A DNA stretch of 60,929 bases, from the NCBI GenBank assembly GCA_038253555.1, contig JBBSGZ010000005.1:1-60929 (forward strand), in the 5' to 3' direction. The stretch is from Thermoanaerobaculia bacterium (lineage in GTDB: Bacteria; Acidobacteriota; Thermoanaerobaculia; UBA5066; Gp7-AA6). Position 1 is the stretch's first letter. Each line of letters starts with the position of its first letter. Made by a program: the position numbers and the translations under genes. The notes under the pieces were generated by a model that saw only the letters and a program-made list of their open reading frames with translations, was not told the origin of the DNA and did not search any database. Of this stretch, positions 18,934 through 29,002 are shown piece by piece.

Positions 18934-19968
18934 TCAGGGTGGCGGGCACCGGGCCGCGCTGATCGCCATCGTCACGACGGCCTCGATCTCGGAGGCCTGA
19001 TCGTAGCTCATCGACGCGCCTCCGTAAGGTCGATTCCGCGCGGGCAGGTTGCGGCGAGCGGACGGGGAGAAGAGCGCGAGGGTCGGAGTTCCGACAGCGT
19101 CCGCAAGGTGGACTGGTCCCGTGTCTCCCCCGACGAAGAGGACCGCCTGCGCGGCGACGTGCGCCAGCCCCGCAAAGTCGAGAGGAGGAAGTCTCGCGGC
19201 GTCCGGGAGAAGCTTTCCGAGGCGGTCCGCGCGGATCTCGTCGCCGGGGCCCCAGGAGATCACCGGAGAGATCCCGGAACGCCGCGAAAGCTGGCGCGCG
19301 AGCGCGGCGTACTCCTCCTCCCCCCACGCCTTTTCCGAATGGCTCGCGCCCGGGTGGAGGAGCGCGAAGCGCCGGGGGAGGGAAGACGCGAAATGATCCG
19401 CGTCCGGCCGCGAAACGTTCAAAAGATATCGCGCGTCCGGCGCGCGGACGGCCACGGGGATCTGCAGTGGCTCGAGAAGCGACAGGTTCTGGTCCACGAC
19501 GTGCTCGACGGCGGCGTCGAGCGTGACGGCGCGGTCCACGAGCACGGAGGATGTCCGCTCCCGACGGTCCCGGCGTCCGAGGCTCACGATGGGCGCGCCG
19601 GCGAGCCGGGCGACGAGCGCCGACTTCCAGAGTCCCTGCGCGTCCACGGACGCGTCCGCCCGGAAGTCCCTCAGGGCGGCGCGCAGCCGGCGGATTTCCG
19701 TGCGGCTCTGGAGCGACAGGGGCGTCCGACGCCACCGCTTCGTGTCGGTTGGGAAAACGGCCGCAATGGCCGGATGCGGTTCGAGGAGGCCGGCGTAGGC
19801 GCGTTCGACGACCCAGCCGACCGCCACTCCGGCGCGGTGCGCGTTCTCGGCCAGGGGCAACGCGTGGACGATGTCGCCGAGGGCGGAGAGGCGAACGATG
19901 AGGAGCCGGCCTGGCTTTCGAAGTCGGGAATCAGAAGCGGCGAACGGGGAACCGGAAGGGGTCGTCAA
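18934..19968 (-). CDS. waaC: LPS heptosyltransferase I (GT9)
   Basis: [35 protein letters not shown]. Confidence 0.8.
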   Translation of the reverse strand: MTTPSGSPFAASDSRLRKPGRLLIVRLSALGDIVHALPLAENAHRAGVAVGWVVERAYAGLLEPHPAIAAVFPTDTKRWRRTPLSLQSRTEIRRLRAALRDFRADASVDAQGLWKSALVARLAGAPIVSLGRRDRRERTSSVLVDRAVTLDAAVEHVVDQNLSLLEPLQIPVAVRAPDARYLLNVSRPDADHFASSLPRRFALLHPGASHSEKAWGEEEYAALARQLSRRSGISPVISWGPGDEIRADRLGKLLPDAARLPPLDFAGLAHVAAQAVLFVGGDTGPVHLADAVGTPTLALFSPSARRNLPARNRPYGGASMSYDQASEIEAVVTMAISAARCPPP

Positions 19969-20519
19969 GACTTCGCGGTCGCGCGGATCCGATCGAGGAG
20001 ATCTGTCGTGGCGTGGTCCTTGGGATCTCCGACGACGACCGTCCGGCCGCCGTATCCCGCCACGATCTGCCGCTCGGGCACCGATTCCGGCGAGTAATCC
20101 GTCCCCTTCGCGTGGACCTCGGGTCGCAGCTCCGCGATCAGTCCGGCTGGAGAATCTTCCTCGAAGAGAACGACCGCATTCACGCAGGCGAGAGCGGCGA
20201 CGATCTCCGCTCGCTCTTCCTCGGGGACGATCGGGCGCCCCGGCCCTTTGGCCCTCCGGACGGAAGCATCCGAATTGATCGCGACGACGAGAACGTCGCC
20301 CTCCGCCCGTGCGGCCCGTAGATAGCGCACGTGTCCGGCGTGAAGGAGATCGAAGGCTCCGTTTGCGAAGACGATCCGGCGGCCCGCTTCACGATGCGCC
20401 GCCATCTGCCGCAGGAGCTCCTCTCGGGACAGAATCGAAGCGCTTGCCTGGCCGGACCGCGGCGCGGCGTCGAATCCTGGTCCCTGGTCCCCGATTCCGG
20501 CGCGCGGCCCTGGAGTCAA
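19965..20519 (-). CDS. rfaE2: D-glycero-beta-D-manno-heptose-1-phosphate adenylyltransferase
   Basis: [35 protein letters not shown]. Confidence 0.88.
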   Translation of the reverse strand: MTPGPRAGIGDQGPGFDAAPRSGQASASILSREELLRQMAAHREAGRRIVFANGAFDLLHAGHVRYLRAARAEGDVLVVAINSDASVRRAKGPGRPIVPEEERAEIVAALACVNAVVLFEEDSPAGLIAELRPEVHAKGTDYSPESVPERQIVAGYGGRTVVVGDPKDHATTDLLDRIRATAKS

Positions 20520-21538
20520 GCGAGGATCTCCCGATCGCTCGCGATCGCCCGCGAGATCTCTTCGCGTGTGACGGTCGCCGTTCCCATTTTCATGACGACG
20601 ACTCCGCCGGCGAAATTCGCCAGCACGGCAGCCTCGAGAGGCGTGGCCCCGGATGCGAGCGCGAGCGAGAACGTCGCGAGGACGGTATCGCCGGCCCCCG
20701 TCACGTCCGCCACCTGATCTGTTCCGTGAACGGGGATGATCGACGGAGGATCATCGCCGGTGAAGAGCGCCATGCCGCGCGAACCGCGCGTCACCAGGAT
20801 CGTGCGGCACGCGATGGTCCGGCGCATCGCGGCCCCCGCGCGCTGCAGAGCTTCCGTCGAATCGCCGAGCTCGAAGCCAACGCACTCCTCGACCTCCTCT
20901 TCGTTGGGAGTGACCGCGTCCACGTCCGCGTATTGCGAGAGGGCATGGCGGGAGTCGACCAGGATGGGCGCCCCGGGCGGGAGGGCAGGGCGGAGCGCCG
21001 CCACCGCCGCCGGAGAGATGGCGCCATATCCGTAATCCGAAAGGACCGCCGCGTCGGCGCGCGCGGCGAGCGCCGCCATGCGGGCGAGGAGAGCGACGGG
21101 GGCGGGCGAGCCCGGCGTGAGAAATCCCTCGCGGTCATAACGGACGATCTGCTGCTTGATTGCGTGCGGGGCGCCGCCTAAGATTCTCGTTTTCGTGGGA
21201 GTCGCGTACCCGCCCGCTTCCAGGAGGCCGTCCGTTTCGATTCCGCGGTCCTCCAGAATCCGCCGCAGCGTGCGGCCTTCTTCGTCGTCGCCCAACACTC
21301 CGATCGGCACCGGCACGGCTCCGAGCGCCCGCACGTTGGCGGCCGTGTTCCCGGCGCCCCCGGGCAGGCTCTCCTCTTTTGAGAAGCTCAGGATGAGCAC
21401 GGGCGCCTCGCGACTGATGCGCTTCGGGTTCCCGTAGACGAAGCGATCGAGAACGTAGTCCCCGGCGACGGCGAGGCGCCGCCCGGAGAACCGCTCGAGC
21501 ACGCCCGCCAGCCGCTCGCGGGACACGCGCGCGGTCAC
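20516..21538 (-). CDS. rfaE1: heptose-7-phosphate kinase (PfkB family, HldE domain I)
   Basis: [27 protein letters not shown]. Confidence 0.88.
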   Translation of the reverse strand: MTARVSRERLAGVLERFSGRRLAVAGDYVLDRFVYGNPKRISREAPVLILSFSKEESLPGGAGNTAANVRALGAVPVPIGVLGDDEEGRTLRRILEDRGIETDGLLEAGGYATPTKTRILGGAPHAIKQQIVRYDREGFLTPGSPAPVALLARMAALAARADAAVLSDYGYGAISPAAVAALRPALPPGAPILVDSRHALSQYADVDAVTPNEEEVEECVGFELGDSTEALQRAGAAMRRTIACRTILVTRGSRGMALFTGDDPPSIIPVHGTDQVADVTGAGDTVLATFSLALASGATPLEAAVLANFAGGVVVMKMGTATVTREEISRAIASDREILA

Positions 21539-21579
21539 CGCCAGGGCCCGTCGATTCGCAAAGTCTTCAATTCGCTCGG

Positions 21580-21587
21580 ATTATAAT
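21580..21587. promoter_or_regulatory. overlapping divergent -10 boxes (ATTATAAT)
   Basis: TATAAT on + (21582-21587) and on - (21580-21585), in the 70-bp gap between divergent rfaE1 and HNH genes. Confidence 0.55.
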
Positions 21588-21608
21588 TACCGCGGTTCCG
21601 GGAGGCCC

Positions 21609-22190
21609 ATGCTCGACTCACAGGTGCTGGTCTTGAATCGCGTTTTCCAGGCGGTCCAGGTCACGACCGTCCGGAAAGCGTTCTCCCTCTTTTACAAGGG
21701 CCACGTCCGCGCGGTCCTGCCGGACTACAGCACCTGGGACTTCCACAACTGGTGCGACATCCCCGTGCAGCCGCACGACGAAGTCGTGATGACTCCCTCC
21801 TCCAAGATCCGGGTCCCGCGGGTCGTGGCGCTCAAGGAGTTCGACCGGCTGCCGCGGCAGGACGTCAAGTTCTCCCGCCACAACATCTATCTTCGCGACG
21901 GAAGCCGCTGCCAGTATTGCGGGCACAAGTTTCCCTCGGCGGAGTTGTCGCTCGATCACGTGGTCCCGCTCTCGCGGGGCGGGATGTCGAGCTGGGAGAA
22001 CGTCGTGTGCGCGTGCCTGGCCTGCAACGTCCGAAAAGGCAACCGGACGCCGCACGAAGCGGGCATCCGGCTCATTGCGCCGCCCCGGAAACCCCGCTGG
22101 CACCCGGTCGGACGTTTCGGCGCCAGCAAGTTCCACCCGGCGTGGCGAAACTTCCTCGACGTCGCGTACTGGAACATGGAGCTGAAGTAG
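21609..22190 (+). CDS. HNH endonuclease (McrA-like)
   Basis: VLVLN; RDGSRCQYCG, LDHVVPLSRGG, WENVVCACLACNVRKG; GGAGG RBS. Confidence 0.9.
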   Translation: MLDSQVLVLNRVFQAVQVTTVRKAFSLFYKGHVRAVLPDYSTWDFHNWCDIPVQPHDEVVMTPSSKIRVPRVVALKEFDRLPRQDVKFSRHNIYLRDGSRCQYCGHKFPSAELSLDHVVPLSRGGMSSWENVVCACLACNVRKGNRTPHEAGIRLIAPPRKPRWHPVGRFGASKFHPAWRNFLDVAYWNMELK

Positions 22191-22209
22191 CTCTTCGTTC
22201 TCATCGTTC

Positions 22210-23286
22210 TCAGTTTCCCGACACCCTCGAAACTGAAGGAGCCGCGCGAACGTCTTCGACGGCGCGCAGAACCGTCTCGGGCGTGATCAGGCGCAGGCAC
22301 TCGTGCGCGTACGGGCACTCCTTCAGGAAGCAGGGCGAGCAGAAGACGTAGCGGTCGAGCACGCGCGCGGGGGAGCCCGAAGGGCCCGTGCGGCCCGGGT
22401 CGGTGGGACCGAACAGCGCGACGACGGGGGTCCCGACCGCGGCGGCGAGGTGCATCGGTCCCGAGTCGTTCGCGACCACGACCCGGGCGCGTGCGAGGAG
22501 CGATGCCAGCGCGAGCGGGTCGAGGTCCGCGCCGAGGACGGGGACGGGGAATCCGGCGGAAAGCACCGCCTCCGCGGCCATCGCTTCTTCCCCCGGCCCG
22601 ATGACGATCGCCGCCGGAACTTCCGAATCGCGTAGAAGCGCCGCGAGGCGGCCCCAGAGTGCGGGCGGCCATCGCTTGGTCCATGAAAATGCCGCGCCGG
22701 GCGCCAGAAGAACGGCGCCCTCGCCGGAAAGGCCGGCCTCCGATAGCGCGGCGTTTGCGAGCGCGACGGCGGTGTCCGGCGGTACCAGCGCGGGTGGCTC
22801 GAGGTCAGGAGCGATCCCGTCCGCCTCGAGGAGACAGTCGTAATCCCGCAGCTGGTGCGCGGTCCCACGGGGAGGCGGCAGGGCGCGGGTGAGCAGGAGG
22901 CGGCGCCCGTCCGTCGCGAAGCCGATCCGTTCCGGGACCGCCGCCAGGAAAGGGGCGAGCGCGGAGCGGAAGGAATTTGGAAGGAGCCACGCCTGCGTCA
23001 GGCGGCGGCGCCTCAGGGCGGCCGCGTCCGCGAGGACGCTCGAACGGCGCTCGACCACGTCCACACCGGCAAGGGCGCCGAGGATCGAGCCGGGGGCCCG
23101 TCGGGCCAGCACGGTGATCGCCGCGCCGGGGCGCGCGGACTGAAGCGCGCGCACGAACGGAATCGCCATGACCGCGTCGCCGAGCCAGTTGGGCGCGACG
23201 ATCAGAAGAGACACGGGTCTTCCGTTCTCATTTTGAATTCTCGAGACGGCTCGATGACGCGCGGACGACGAAGGGCGAGGTCGCAC
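22210..23286 (-). CDS. waaF: LPS heptosyltransferase II
   Basis: APNWLGDAVMA, LPNSFRSA, NDSGPMHLAAAVG, CSPC; start position uncertain. Confidence 0.88.
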   Translation of the reverse strand: MRPRPSSSARHRAVSRIQNENGRPVSLLIVAPNWLGDAVMAIPFVRALQSARPGAAITVLARRAPGSILGALAGVDVVERRSSVLADAAALRRRRLTQAWLLPNSFRSALAPFLAAVPERIGFATDGRRLLLTRALPPPRGTAHQLRDYDCLLEADGIAPDLEPPALVPPDTAVALANAALSEAGLSGEGAVLLAPGAAFSWTKRWPPALWGRLAALLRDSEVPAAIVIGPGEEAMAAEAVLSAGFPVPVLGADLDPLALASLLARARVVVANDSGPMHLAAAVGTPVVALFGPTDPGRTGPSGSPARVLDRYVFCSPCFLKECPYAHECLRLITPETVLRAVEDVRAAPSVSRVSGN

Positions 23287-23307
23287 GGCCGGCAGACGAC
23301 GGCCGTC

Positions 23308-24294
23308 TCATGATTCGTCGGGGGGCCGGGTCCGCCAGCGGTTGTGGATCCACAGCCACGCTTCCGGCGCGCGCCTCACGGCGGCTTCCGTGATCGCCAT
23401 GTATCTCGCGGTGGCGAGTCGGACGCGCTCCTCCCGCGTCTGCCCTCCCTCGAATTCGGCGGCGAGGACCGGCGCCTCGAATTCCAGCCGGTACCGTCCC
23501 GAACCGAGCGGCCAGGCAAACGCGGGCACGATCGCGGCGTCTGTCTTCATCTGCAGAAGCGCGAGCGACGGAGACGTCGCGGCGAGCCGGCCGAAGAACG
23601 GGACGAAGACCCCCTCGCCCGGGAGCACGTTCTGATCGATCATGATGGCGACCGTGCGACGCTCGCGCAGCGCCCGCAGAATCTCCCGCGCGGCCTCGTT
23701 CTTGCGGATGAGCGAATTGCCGAATCGTGTCCGGCGGCCGGCGACCTCGGCCTCCAGGAGAGCGTTGTCGAGCGGGCGCGCGACCGAGGCGATCGGCTCC
23801 CCGAGGAGGCCCGCGCGGACGGCGCCGAGCTCCCAGCTTCCGAAGTGCGCCGAGAGAACGAAAACGCCCTTGCCACGAGCCCGCGCCGCATCCAGGTGCT
23901 CGCGGCCGACGACCACGACGCGATCCTCGATCTGCTCGCGGGAATACCTCGAGGAGTCCAGGAACTCGAGAAAAACCGACCCGAAGTTCTCGACGCTTCG
24001 GCGCGCGAGCGCCCGGATCTGCGCGGGCGCCAGGTCGGGGAACGCGGAGGCGAGGTTCGCCTCGAGGATGCGCCGCCTCGAGGGCGCGAGGGAGACGTAA
24101 AGACGGGCCAGCCGGGCTCCCACGCGGGAGGCGGTCTCCGGGCCGCGGCGGGCGAGCCACCCCGCGGCCGCCGTGAAGAGGGCGTACTCCAGCCGGTCGC
24201 GCGCCGCCGACCGGCCGCGGCGGCGCCTCGAGGCCGGAGACGCGCTTTCCCGGGTCGGCCCGCCGGGAGCCGCCTCCGCAGGCGTCTGCGTCAA
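23308..24294 (-). CDS. lpxL: lipid A late acyltransferase (LpxL/HtrB family)
   Basis: HFGSWE, IDQN, FFG, PEAWLWIHNRW. Confidence 0.82.
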   Translation of the reverse strand: MTQTPAEAAPGGPTRESASPASRRRRGRSAARDRLEYALFTAAAGWLARRGPETASRVGARLARLYVSLAPSRRRILEANLASAFPDLAPAQIRALARRSVENFGSVFLEFLDSSRYSREQIEDRVVVVGREHLDAARARGKGVFVLSAHFGSWELGAVRAGLLGEPIASVARPLDNALLEAEVAGRRTRFGNSLIRKNEAAREILRALRERRTVAIMIDQNVLPGEGVFVPFFGRLAATSPSLALLQMKTDAAIVPAFAWPLGSGRYRLEFEAPVLAAEFEGGQTREERVRLATARYMAITEAAVRRAPEAWLWIHNRWRTRPPDES

Positions 24295-25316
24295 GGCCGG
24301 CCCTCGGGGCGCGCCGTCTCCGCCGCCACGCCGAACAGCCGCTCCTCGATCCAGGGGTAGAAGCCTTTCTCGGGAACTTCGACTCTCAGCCGGATTGCCA
24401 GGACCGGAAGAGGGAGCCGCCCGGCAAGCTTCACGGCGTCTTTCTCCGTCGTCACGACCGCCGCGCTCTCCGTGCGTCGCGCCGCGGCCGCGATCCTCTG
24501 GACGTCCCGCTCCCGGTAGCGCTGGTGGTCTTCGAAAACCAGCGATTCGGAGGGTTCGATTCCGACCGCCGCGAGGCTCTCGAGAAACGACGCGGGCGTC
24601 GCGATGCCGCAGACCGCGACGGAGCGTTCCGGCTTCGCGGCGGCCGCTCCCGAGGGCCCGGTCAGGCCTTCCGGAGAGATCCTCGCGGTGAACACCCGCG
24701 CCGCCGGGTTTGCCCGGGCGACCGTCGACAGGTCCGCCGGCGTCGGATGGCCGATCGAGCTTCGGGTGAACACGAATCCACCGGCGCGCCGAAGAGCCGA
24801 CAACGGCTCGCGCAACCGCCCGAAGGGGGGATACCTGCCGCCGCCGAACGGGTCGACGGCGTCGAGGAGGAGCAGGTCGAGATCCCGGCGGACCGAGAGG
24901 TGCTGGAACCCGTCGTCTAAGAGGAAGACGTCGGGCGCGAACGCCTCCGCCGCCCTCGCGGCATCCGCGCGGCGCGGCGCCACCACGACGATCGCCCCGG
25001 GAAGACGGCCCGCGAGCAGGACCGGCTCGTCTCCACCTTCGTCCGGTCCGACGAGAGGGCCGTCCCCTTTCGAGACGACGACGACCTCCCGGGACCGGCG
25101 GCCATATCCCCTGGAGAGAATCGCCGGACGGCGGCTCTCCGAAAGGAATCGTTCCGCAAGATGCAGCACAAAGGGGGTTTTCCCCGTGCCTCCCACGGTC
25201 ACGTTGCCGACCGAGATCACGGGCCGGGACAGCTGCTCGGACCGCGAGCGGCCCGTGGCGTACCGCTCCGCGCGCGCTTCGAGGATTCGGTCGTAGAGCG
25301 CCGAAAGGGGCCTCAC
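24291..25316 (-). CDS. lpxK: tetraacyldisaccharide 4'-kinase
   Basis: ISVGNVTVGGTGKTP, LSRGYG, GDEP, LDDGFQH, TTEKDAVK; GTG start at 25316 overlaps the waaA stop. Confidence 0.92.
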   Translation of the reverse strand: MRPLSALYDRILEARAERYATGRSRSEQLSRPVISVGNVTVGGTGKTPFVLHLAERFLSESRRPAILSRGYGRRSREVVVVSKGDGPLVGPDEGGDEPVLLAGRLPGAIVVVAPRRADAARAAEAFAPDVFLLDDGFQHLSVRRDLDLLLLDAVDPFGGGRYPPFGRLREPLSALRRAGGFVFTRSSIGHPTPADLSTVARANPAARVFTARISPEGLTGPSGAAAAKPERSVAVCGIATPASFLESLAAVGIEPSESLVFEDHQRYRERDVQRIAAAARRTESAAVVTTEKDAVKLAGRLPLPVLAIRLRVEVPEKGFYPWIEERLFGVAAETARPEGRP

Positions 25317-26593
25317 GGGGAGATCGCCCGTCGCGGAGCTTCGGACAGGAGCGGGAGGACGAGATCCGCCGTGCGCGTCACGGCCCCGCGGCTTTCGACG
25401 ACGGCGCGCCGGGCCGCCTCCCCTCGCCTCGCCAGCGCCGCGGGATCCCTCAGGGCCGCCGCAAGGGAGCGCTCGAGCTCCGCACCGTCGGCGACGACCT
25501 CCAGGATTCCGATCTCGCGCCCGTCGCGGACGATGTCTTGAAAATTCGACGCGTGCGGGCCGACCAGGACGGGCACGCCCGCGGACCAGGCTTCGATGGG
25601 ATTGTGCCCGCCGGCTGGAACGAGACTGCCGCCGACGAAAGCGAGACGCGCCTCGCCGTAGAGCGAGGAGAGCTCGCCTATCGAGTCGAGAAGGTAGACG
25701 GCGCCCTCCGGAGGGACTCCCGCCGTGGGAACAGAGCGGCGGAGAAGGGCATGGCCGGCCGCCGAGATGAGAGCGGCCACCGCGTCGAACCGCTCGGGCC
25801 GACGCGGCGCTAAGACGAGCAGCGGGCGCCGCTCCGGCGCGAGTCCGGCCCACGCGGCCAGAACGATCTCGTCTTCGCCCTGCCCGGTCGACGCCGCTAC
25901 GAAAACCGGCCGTCCCCGCGCGGTGGAGGCCAGTCGGGGGGCGTCCGCGAAGGGCGGCGCGGGCGGAAGGTCGTATTTGACGTTGCCCGTGACGAAAACC
26001 CTCCCCGCGGGGGCGCCCAGCCGTTCGATCCGGGCCGCGTCTTCCCGGGTCTGCATCGCAAAGAGGGCGACACCCGAGAGGACGCGGGCGAAGGAGGCCC
26101 CGGCCAGACGGTAGCGGGAAAACGACCGCTCCGAAAGCCGGCCGTTGACGAGCGCCACGGGGATCTGCCGGCGCGCCGCGCGCTGCAGGAAGAGCGGCCA
26201 GATTTCGGTCTCGGTGAGCAGGATGAGCCCCGGCCGGACCGCTCCTAAAGCGCGCTCGACGGGCCCCGCGAGATCGAGCGGAAAGGCGAAAGCCGGGACG
26301 TAGGACGGAAGCACCCGGCGGGCCATTTCCGCGCCCGCGGCGGTCGTGACGGAGAGTCCCAGGCGGCGCTCGGGGACTCTGCGGGCGAGCTCGGCCAGCA
26401 GGTTCCGGGCAACGCCGACCTCCCCCACCGAGACCGCATGGACCCAGACTCCGCCGTTTAAATCGGGCGCTTTCCTGAAGCCGAGCCTTCCCCGGAGGTC
26501 GCCGATCTTCCGGATCCCCAGAATGGATCTCGCCAGGGCCCAGGGGGCGTAGAAAATGAGAGCGAGCACCGAAAGGACGCGATAGACGAGCAA
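25313..26593 (-). CDS. waaA: Kdo transferase
   Basis: WVHAVSVGE, ETEIWP, NGRLS, GNVKYD, PRRPERF, GGHNPIE; start placed at TTG 26593 (ORF track extends it into repeats). Confidence 0.9.
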   Translation of the reverse strand: MLVYRVLSVLALIFYAPWALARSILGIRKIGDLRGRLGFRKAPDLNGGVWVHAVSVGEVGVARNLLAELARRVPERRLGLSVTTAAGAEMARRVLPSYVPAFAFPLDLAGPVERALGAVRPGLILLTETEIWPLFLQRAARRQIPVALVNGRLSERSFSRYRLAGASFARVLSGVALFAMQTREDAARIERLGAPAGRVFVTGNVKYDLPPAPPFADAPRLASTARGRPVFVAASTGQGEDEIVLAAWAGLAPERRPLLVLAPRRPERFDAVAALISAAGHALLRRSVPTAGVPPEGAVYLLDSIGELSSLYGEARLAFVGGSLVPAGGHNPIEAWSAGVPVLVGPHASNFQDIVRDGREIGILEVVADGAELERSLAAALRDPAALARRGEAARRAVVESRGAVTRTADLVLPLLSEAPRRAISP

Positions 26594-26616
26594 GGATCGA
26601 GAGATTAGCGCACGGC

Positions 26617-26792
26617 GTGGGGCGCCGGGCGCCGGGCGAAGGGCGAAGGGCGCGAGGCGCAGGGCGCCGGGCGCCGGGCGAAGAAAGCGTTCAACACAGC
26701 GTCGTCGGATCCGAGGCCCTTTCCCGGGGTCTGCCTCCTCTGAGGGCGCCTGGGGCGGCCGTTCGCCCCTCACCTTTCGCCTTTCGCATTTT
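26617..26792. repeat. short tandem heptamer repeats
   Basis: GGCGCCG/GGCGAAG units at 26620-26682 and CTTTCGC units at 26775-26790. Confidence 0.6.
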
Positions 26793-26813
26793 TCCCTTAC
26801 ACTCCAACGAGTT

Positions 26814-27503
26814 ATGTCCTGGGAAAAACCCCCAACGGCCGACGGCGCCGATCCGTATAAACCGCCGATGGAGCTCGTCTACAGCAAAGTACGGCACCGG
26901 GAGGAATCCGCGGAGCTGTCCGACCGGGAACTCGCCCTGGCCGCGCGGTCCGGGGACATGGTGTCGTTCGAGGCCCTCGTCGTCCGGAAGACCCCCGCCG
27001 TCGTGTCCGTGGCACGGCGGATCGTTTCGGATCCCGAAGACGCGAGAGACGTGGCGCAGATGGTGTTTCTCCGCGTCTGGGAGCAACTCGACCGTTACGA
27101 CGCGACCTACTCCTTCAATACGTGGATCTACCGCATCACGACCAACCTCTCGATCGACTTTCTCCGAAGCTCCCGCAGCCGGCAGAAGGCGCATGGCGCG
27201 ACGCTCCACCTGGTGCGCCAGAGGGAAGAAGCCACAGGGGCCGAGACCTCGCGCGCCGCCGAGGATGACGAGATGATTCGACTCTTCCGCGAGGCGAGCG
27301 AGCGGCTGACCGGAAAGCAGAAGGCGGCGTTCGTCCTCCGGGAGATGGAAGACAAGGACACGGACGAAATCGCGAAGATCCTGGGGTGCGGGGAGTCCAC
27401 CGTTCGCAATCACCTCTTCAACGCCCGGCGCATCCTCCGCAGGGAGATCGAGAAAATCTGCCCCGGGTTCCTTCGCGCGCGCCGCGCGACGGAGAAGAGA
27501 TGA
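26814..27503 (+). CDS. ECF RNA polymerase sigma factor
   Basis: EDARDVAQMVFLRVW, FNTWIYRITTNLSIDFLR, EIAKILGCGESTVRNHLFNAR. Confidence 0.92.
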   Translation: MSWEKPPTADGADPYKPPMELVYSKVRHREESAELSDRELALAARSGDMVSFEALVVRKTPAVVSVARRIVSDPEDARDVAQMVFLRVWEQLDRYDATYSFNTWIYRITTNLSIDFLRSSRSRQKAHGATLHLVRQREEATGAETSRAAEDDEMIRLFREASERLTGKQKAAFVLREMEDKDTDEIAKILGCGESTVRNHLFNARRILRREIEKICPGFLRARRATEKR

Positions 27504-28126
27504 CGGTCGGCTGCGAAGAGACGCGGGCACGATTCGGGTCGTACGTCGGCGAATCGCTCGCCCGGGACGAGCGCTCCGCGGTTCGCGCGCACCTCTCCGA
27601 GTGCGCCGCCTGCCGGCGGGAGGCTTCGGAACGGGATCCTTCGCTGCTCTTTGCGGCGGCTCCGCCGGAGGGGGTCTCTGACGCGGAGGCGGCGCGCATC
27701 CTCCAGGGGGTTCGCGCCGGGATCGCCATCAAAACTGCGGAACGGCGCGTCCGGCGCGCGCCCTCGCGCGGAAATCGGGCCGGGGCGACGGCCGCCGCCG
27801 CCGCGGCCGCAGTGCTGATCGCGCTGACGCTCTCGAGTCCCTCTCCCGCCCGGCTGGCCCTGGCTCGCGGAGCGGATCAGCCGTCCGGCGCGGCGGGACC
27901 GACGCGAAGTTCCGTCCCGGCCGCTGCGAAGACTCGCGACGCGGTCCCGGCCTCGGAATCCGCAGCCGAGACTCCGGCGATGACCGCCCGGCCTTTCTCC
28001 CCCTTCGCGGAGGCGAGCGCGCCCGGTGGACAGAAGGCTCCTGCCGACGCGACCATTTACGACTGGAACCCGGGCGGCGGTCAGCCGCGCGTGGTCTGGA
28101 TCGTGGATCGGTCGCTCGACATTTGA
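27500..28126 (+). CDS. zf-HC2 anti-sigma factor
   Basis: C...HLSECAAC zinc motif and a TM-like segment; ATGA overlap with the sigma gene. Confidence 0.85.
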   Translation: MTVGCEETRARFGSYVGESLARDERSAVRAHLSECAACRREASERDPSLLFAAAPPEGVSDAEAARILQGVRAGIAIKTAERRVRRAPSRGNRAGATAAAAAAAVLIALTLSSPSPARLALARGADQPSGAAGPTRSSVPAAAKTRDAVPASESAAETPAMTARPFSPFAEASAPGGQKAPADATIYDWNPGGGQPRVVWIVDRSLDI

Positions 28127-28209
28127 TTTGACGGAAACGGGACGGGCGGGGGCGGGGTCTTTCCGGGGATTTTACCGGAAGCCGTAACGCCTCCTCCCGT
28201 TCCACGGGC

Positions 28210-28246
28210 CCCGATCTTCCGCACCGGGCGGAATCCGGGTTTTTTT
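28210..28246 (+). terminator. terminator-like hairpin followed by T7
   Basis: TTCCGC-ACCGG-GCGGAA core stem with an imperfect extension, then TTTTTTT two nt before the next GTG. Confidence 0.4.
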
Positions 28247-28248
28247 GC

Positions 28249-28974
28249 GTGAAAAAAAAGACTGCCTCCATCGCGGCCCTCGTGGCCTTCGCGCTCGTCG
28301 CGCTTCCGCTCCTTGCGGCGGAAGAGGCCTCCGTCCGCGTTTTCGTCCTGAAATACAAGCGCATCGAGGAAGCCGCGCTCCTCATTCGTCCGCACCTTTC
28401 CGAGGCGGCCTCGATCACCCTGACGTCCCGGTTGAATGCGATGACGATCACGGACCGCGAGTCGAACCTGAAGACGGTCGCGAAAGTGCTGGCGCAATTC
28501 GACTCTCCGCCCCGCGGATTCAATTTCGCCGTGAAGCTCGTCCGCGCTAGAGCCGACGTTCCCGCCGGATCGATGGCGGCGGAGATCGGCGGGCTCGGGG
28601 CCAAGCTGAAGTCGATGTTTCAGTTCAACGACTACGCCCTGATCGACTCGGCGGTCATCCGCGGGATCGAGGGACGGCCGGTGTCCTACCGGCTGGGGGA
28701 TGAATACGTCCTGACGTTCTCGATCGGGCCCGTGGGCACCGCCGACGAGCTGCTGCTGTCGCCGATCTCTCTGTCGAGGCTGAAGAAGAACGACCAGGGA
28801 CGCACGGTGCCGGTGCCCCTGTACAGAGCCTCGGTGCCCGTCTCCTTGAATCAGACGCTCGTGCTCGGCGCCTCGCGCGACGAGGCCTCGAAAAACGCGC
28901 TGATCCTGATCCTGCTCGTGCAGGAAGCGGCCCATCCGGGCTCGACGGGCGGCAAAACCGTGGAGAAGCGATGA
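28249..28974 (+). CDS. exported protein with secretin N-domain-like start
   Basis: Signal peptide; VRVFVLKY...NAMTITDRESNLKTVAKVLAQFDSP resembles a secretin N (NolW-like) domain. Confidence 0.6.
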   Translation: MKKKTASIAALVAFALVALPLLAAEEASVRVFVLKYKRIEEAALLIRPHLSEAASITLTSRLNAMTITDRESNLKTVAKVLAQFDSPPRGFNFAVKLVRARADVPAGSMAAEIGGLGAKLKSMFQFNDYALIDSAVIRGIEGRPVSYRLGDEYVLTFSIGPVGTADELLLSPISLSRLKKNDQGRTVPVPLYRASVPVSLNQTLVLGASRDEASKNALILILLVQEAAHPGSTGGKTVEKR

Positions 28975-29002
28975 CGCCCCCGCGGGCCCGGGAAAAGCGC
29001 TG

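Noticed and set aside
21609-22190. HNH as part of a restriction, CRISPR or IscB system
   Set aside because: No methyltransferase, RuvC motifs, array or element ends nearby; it fits the common stand-alone family.
28127-28210. c-di-GMP riboswitch or ECF promoter upstream of the secretion operon
   Set aside because: Only fragments (GAAACGGGACG, GTAAC) match; the consensus structure and spacing are not met.
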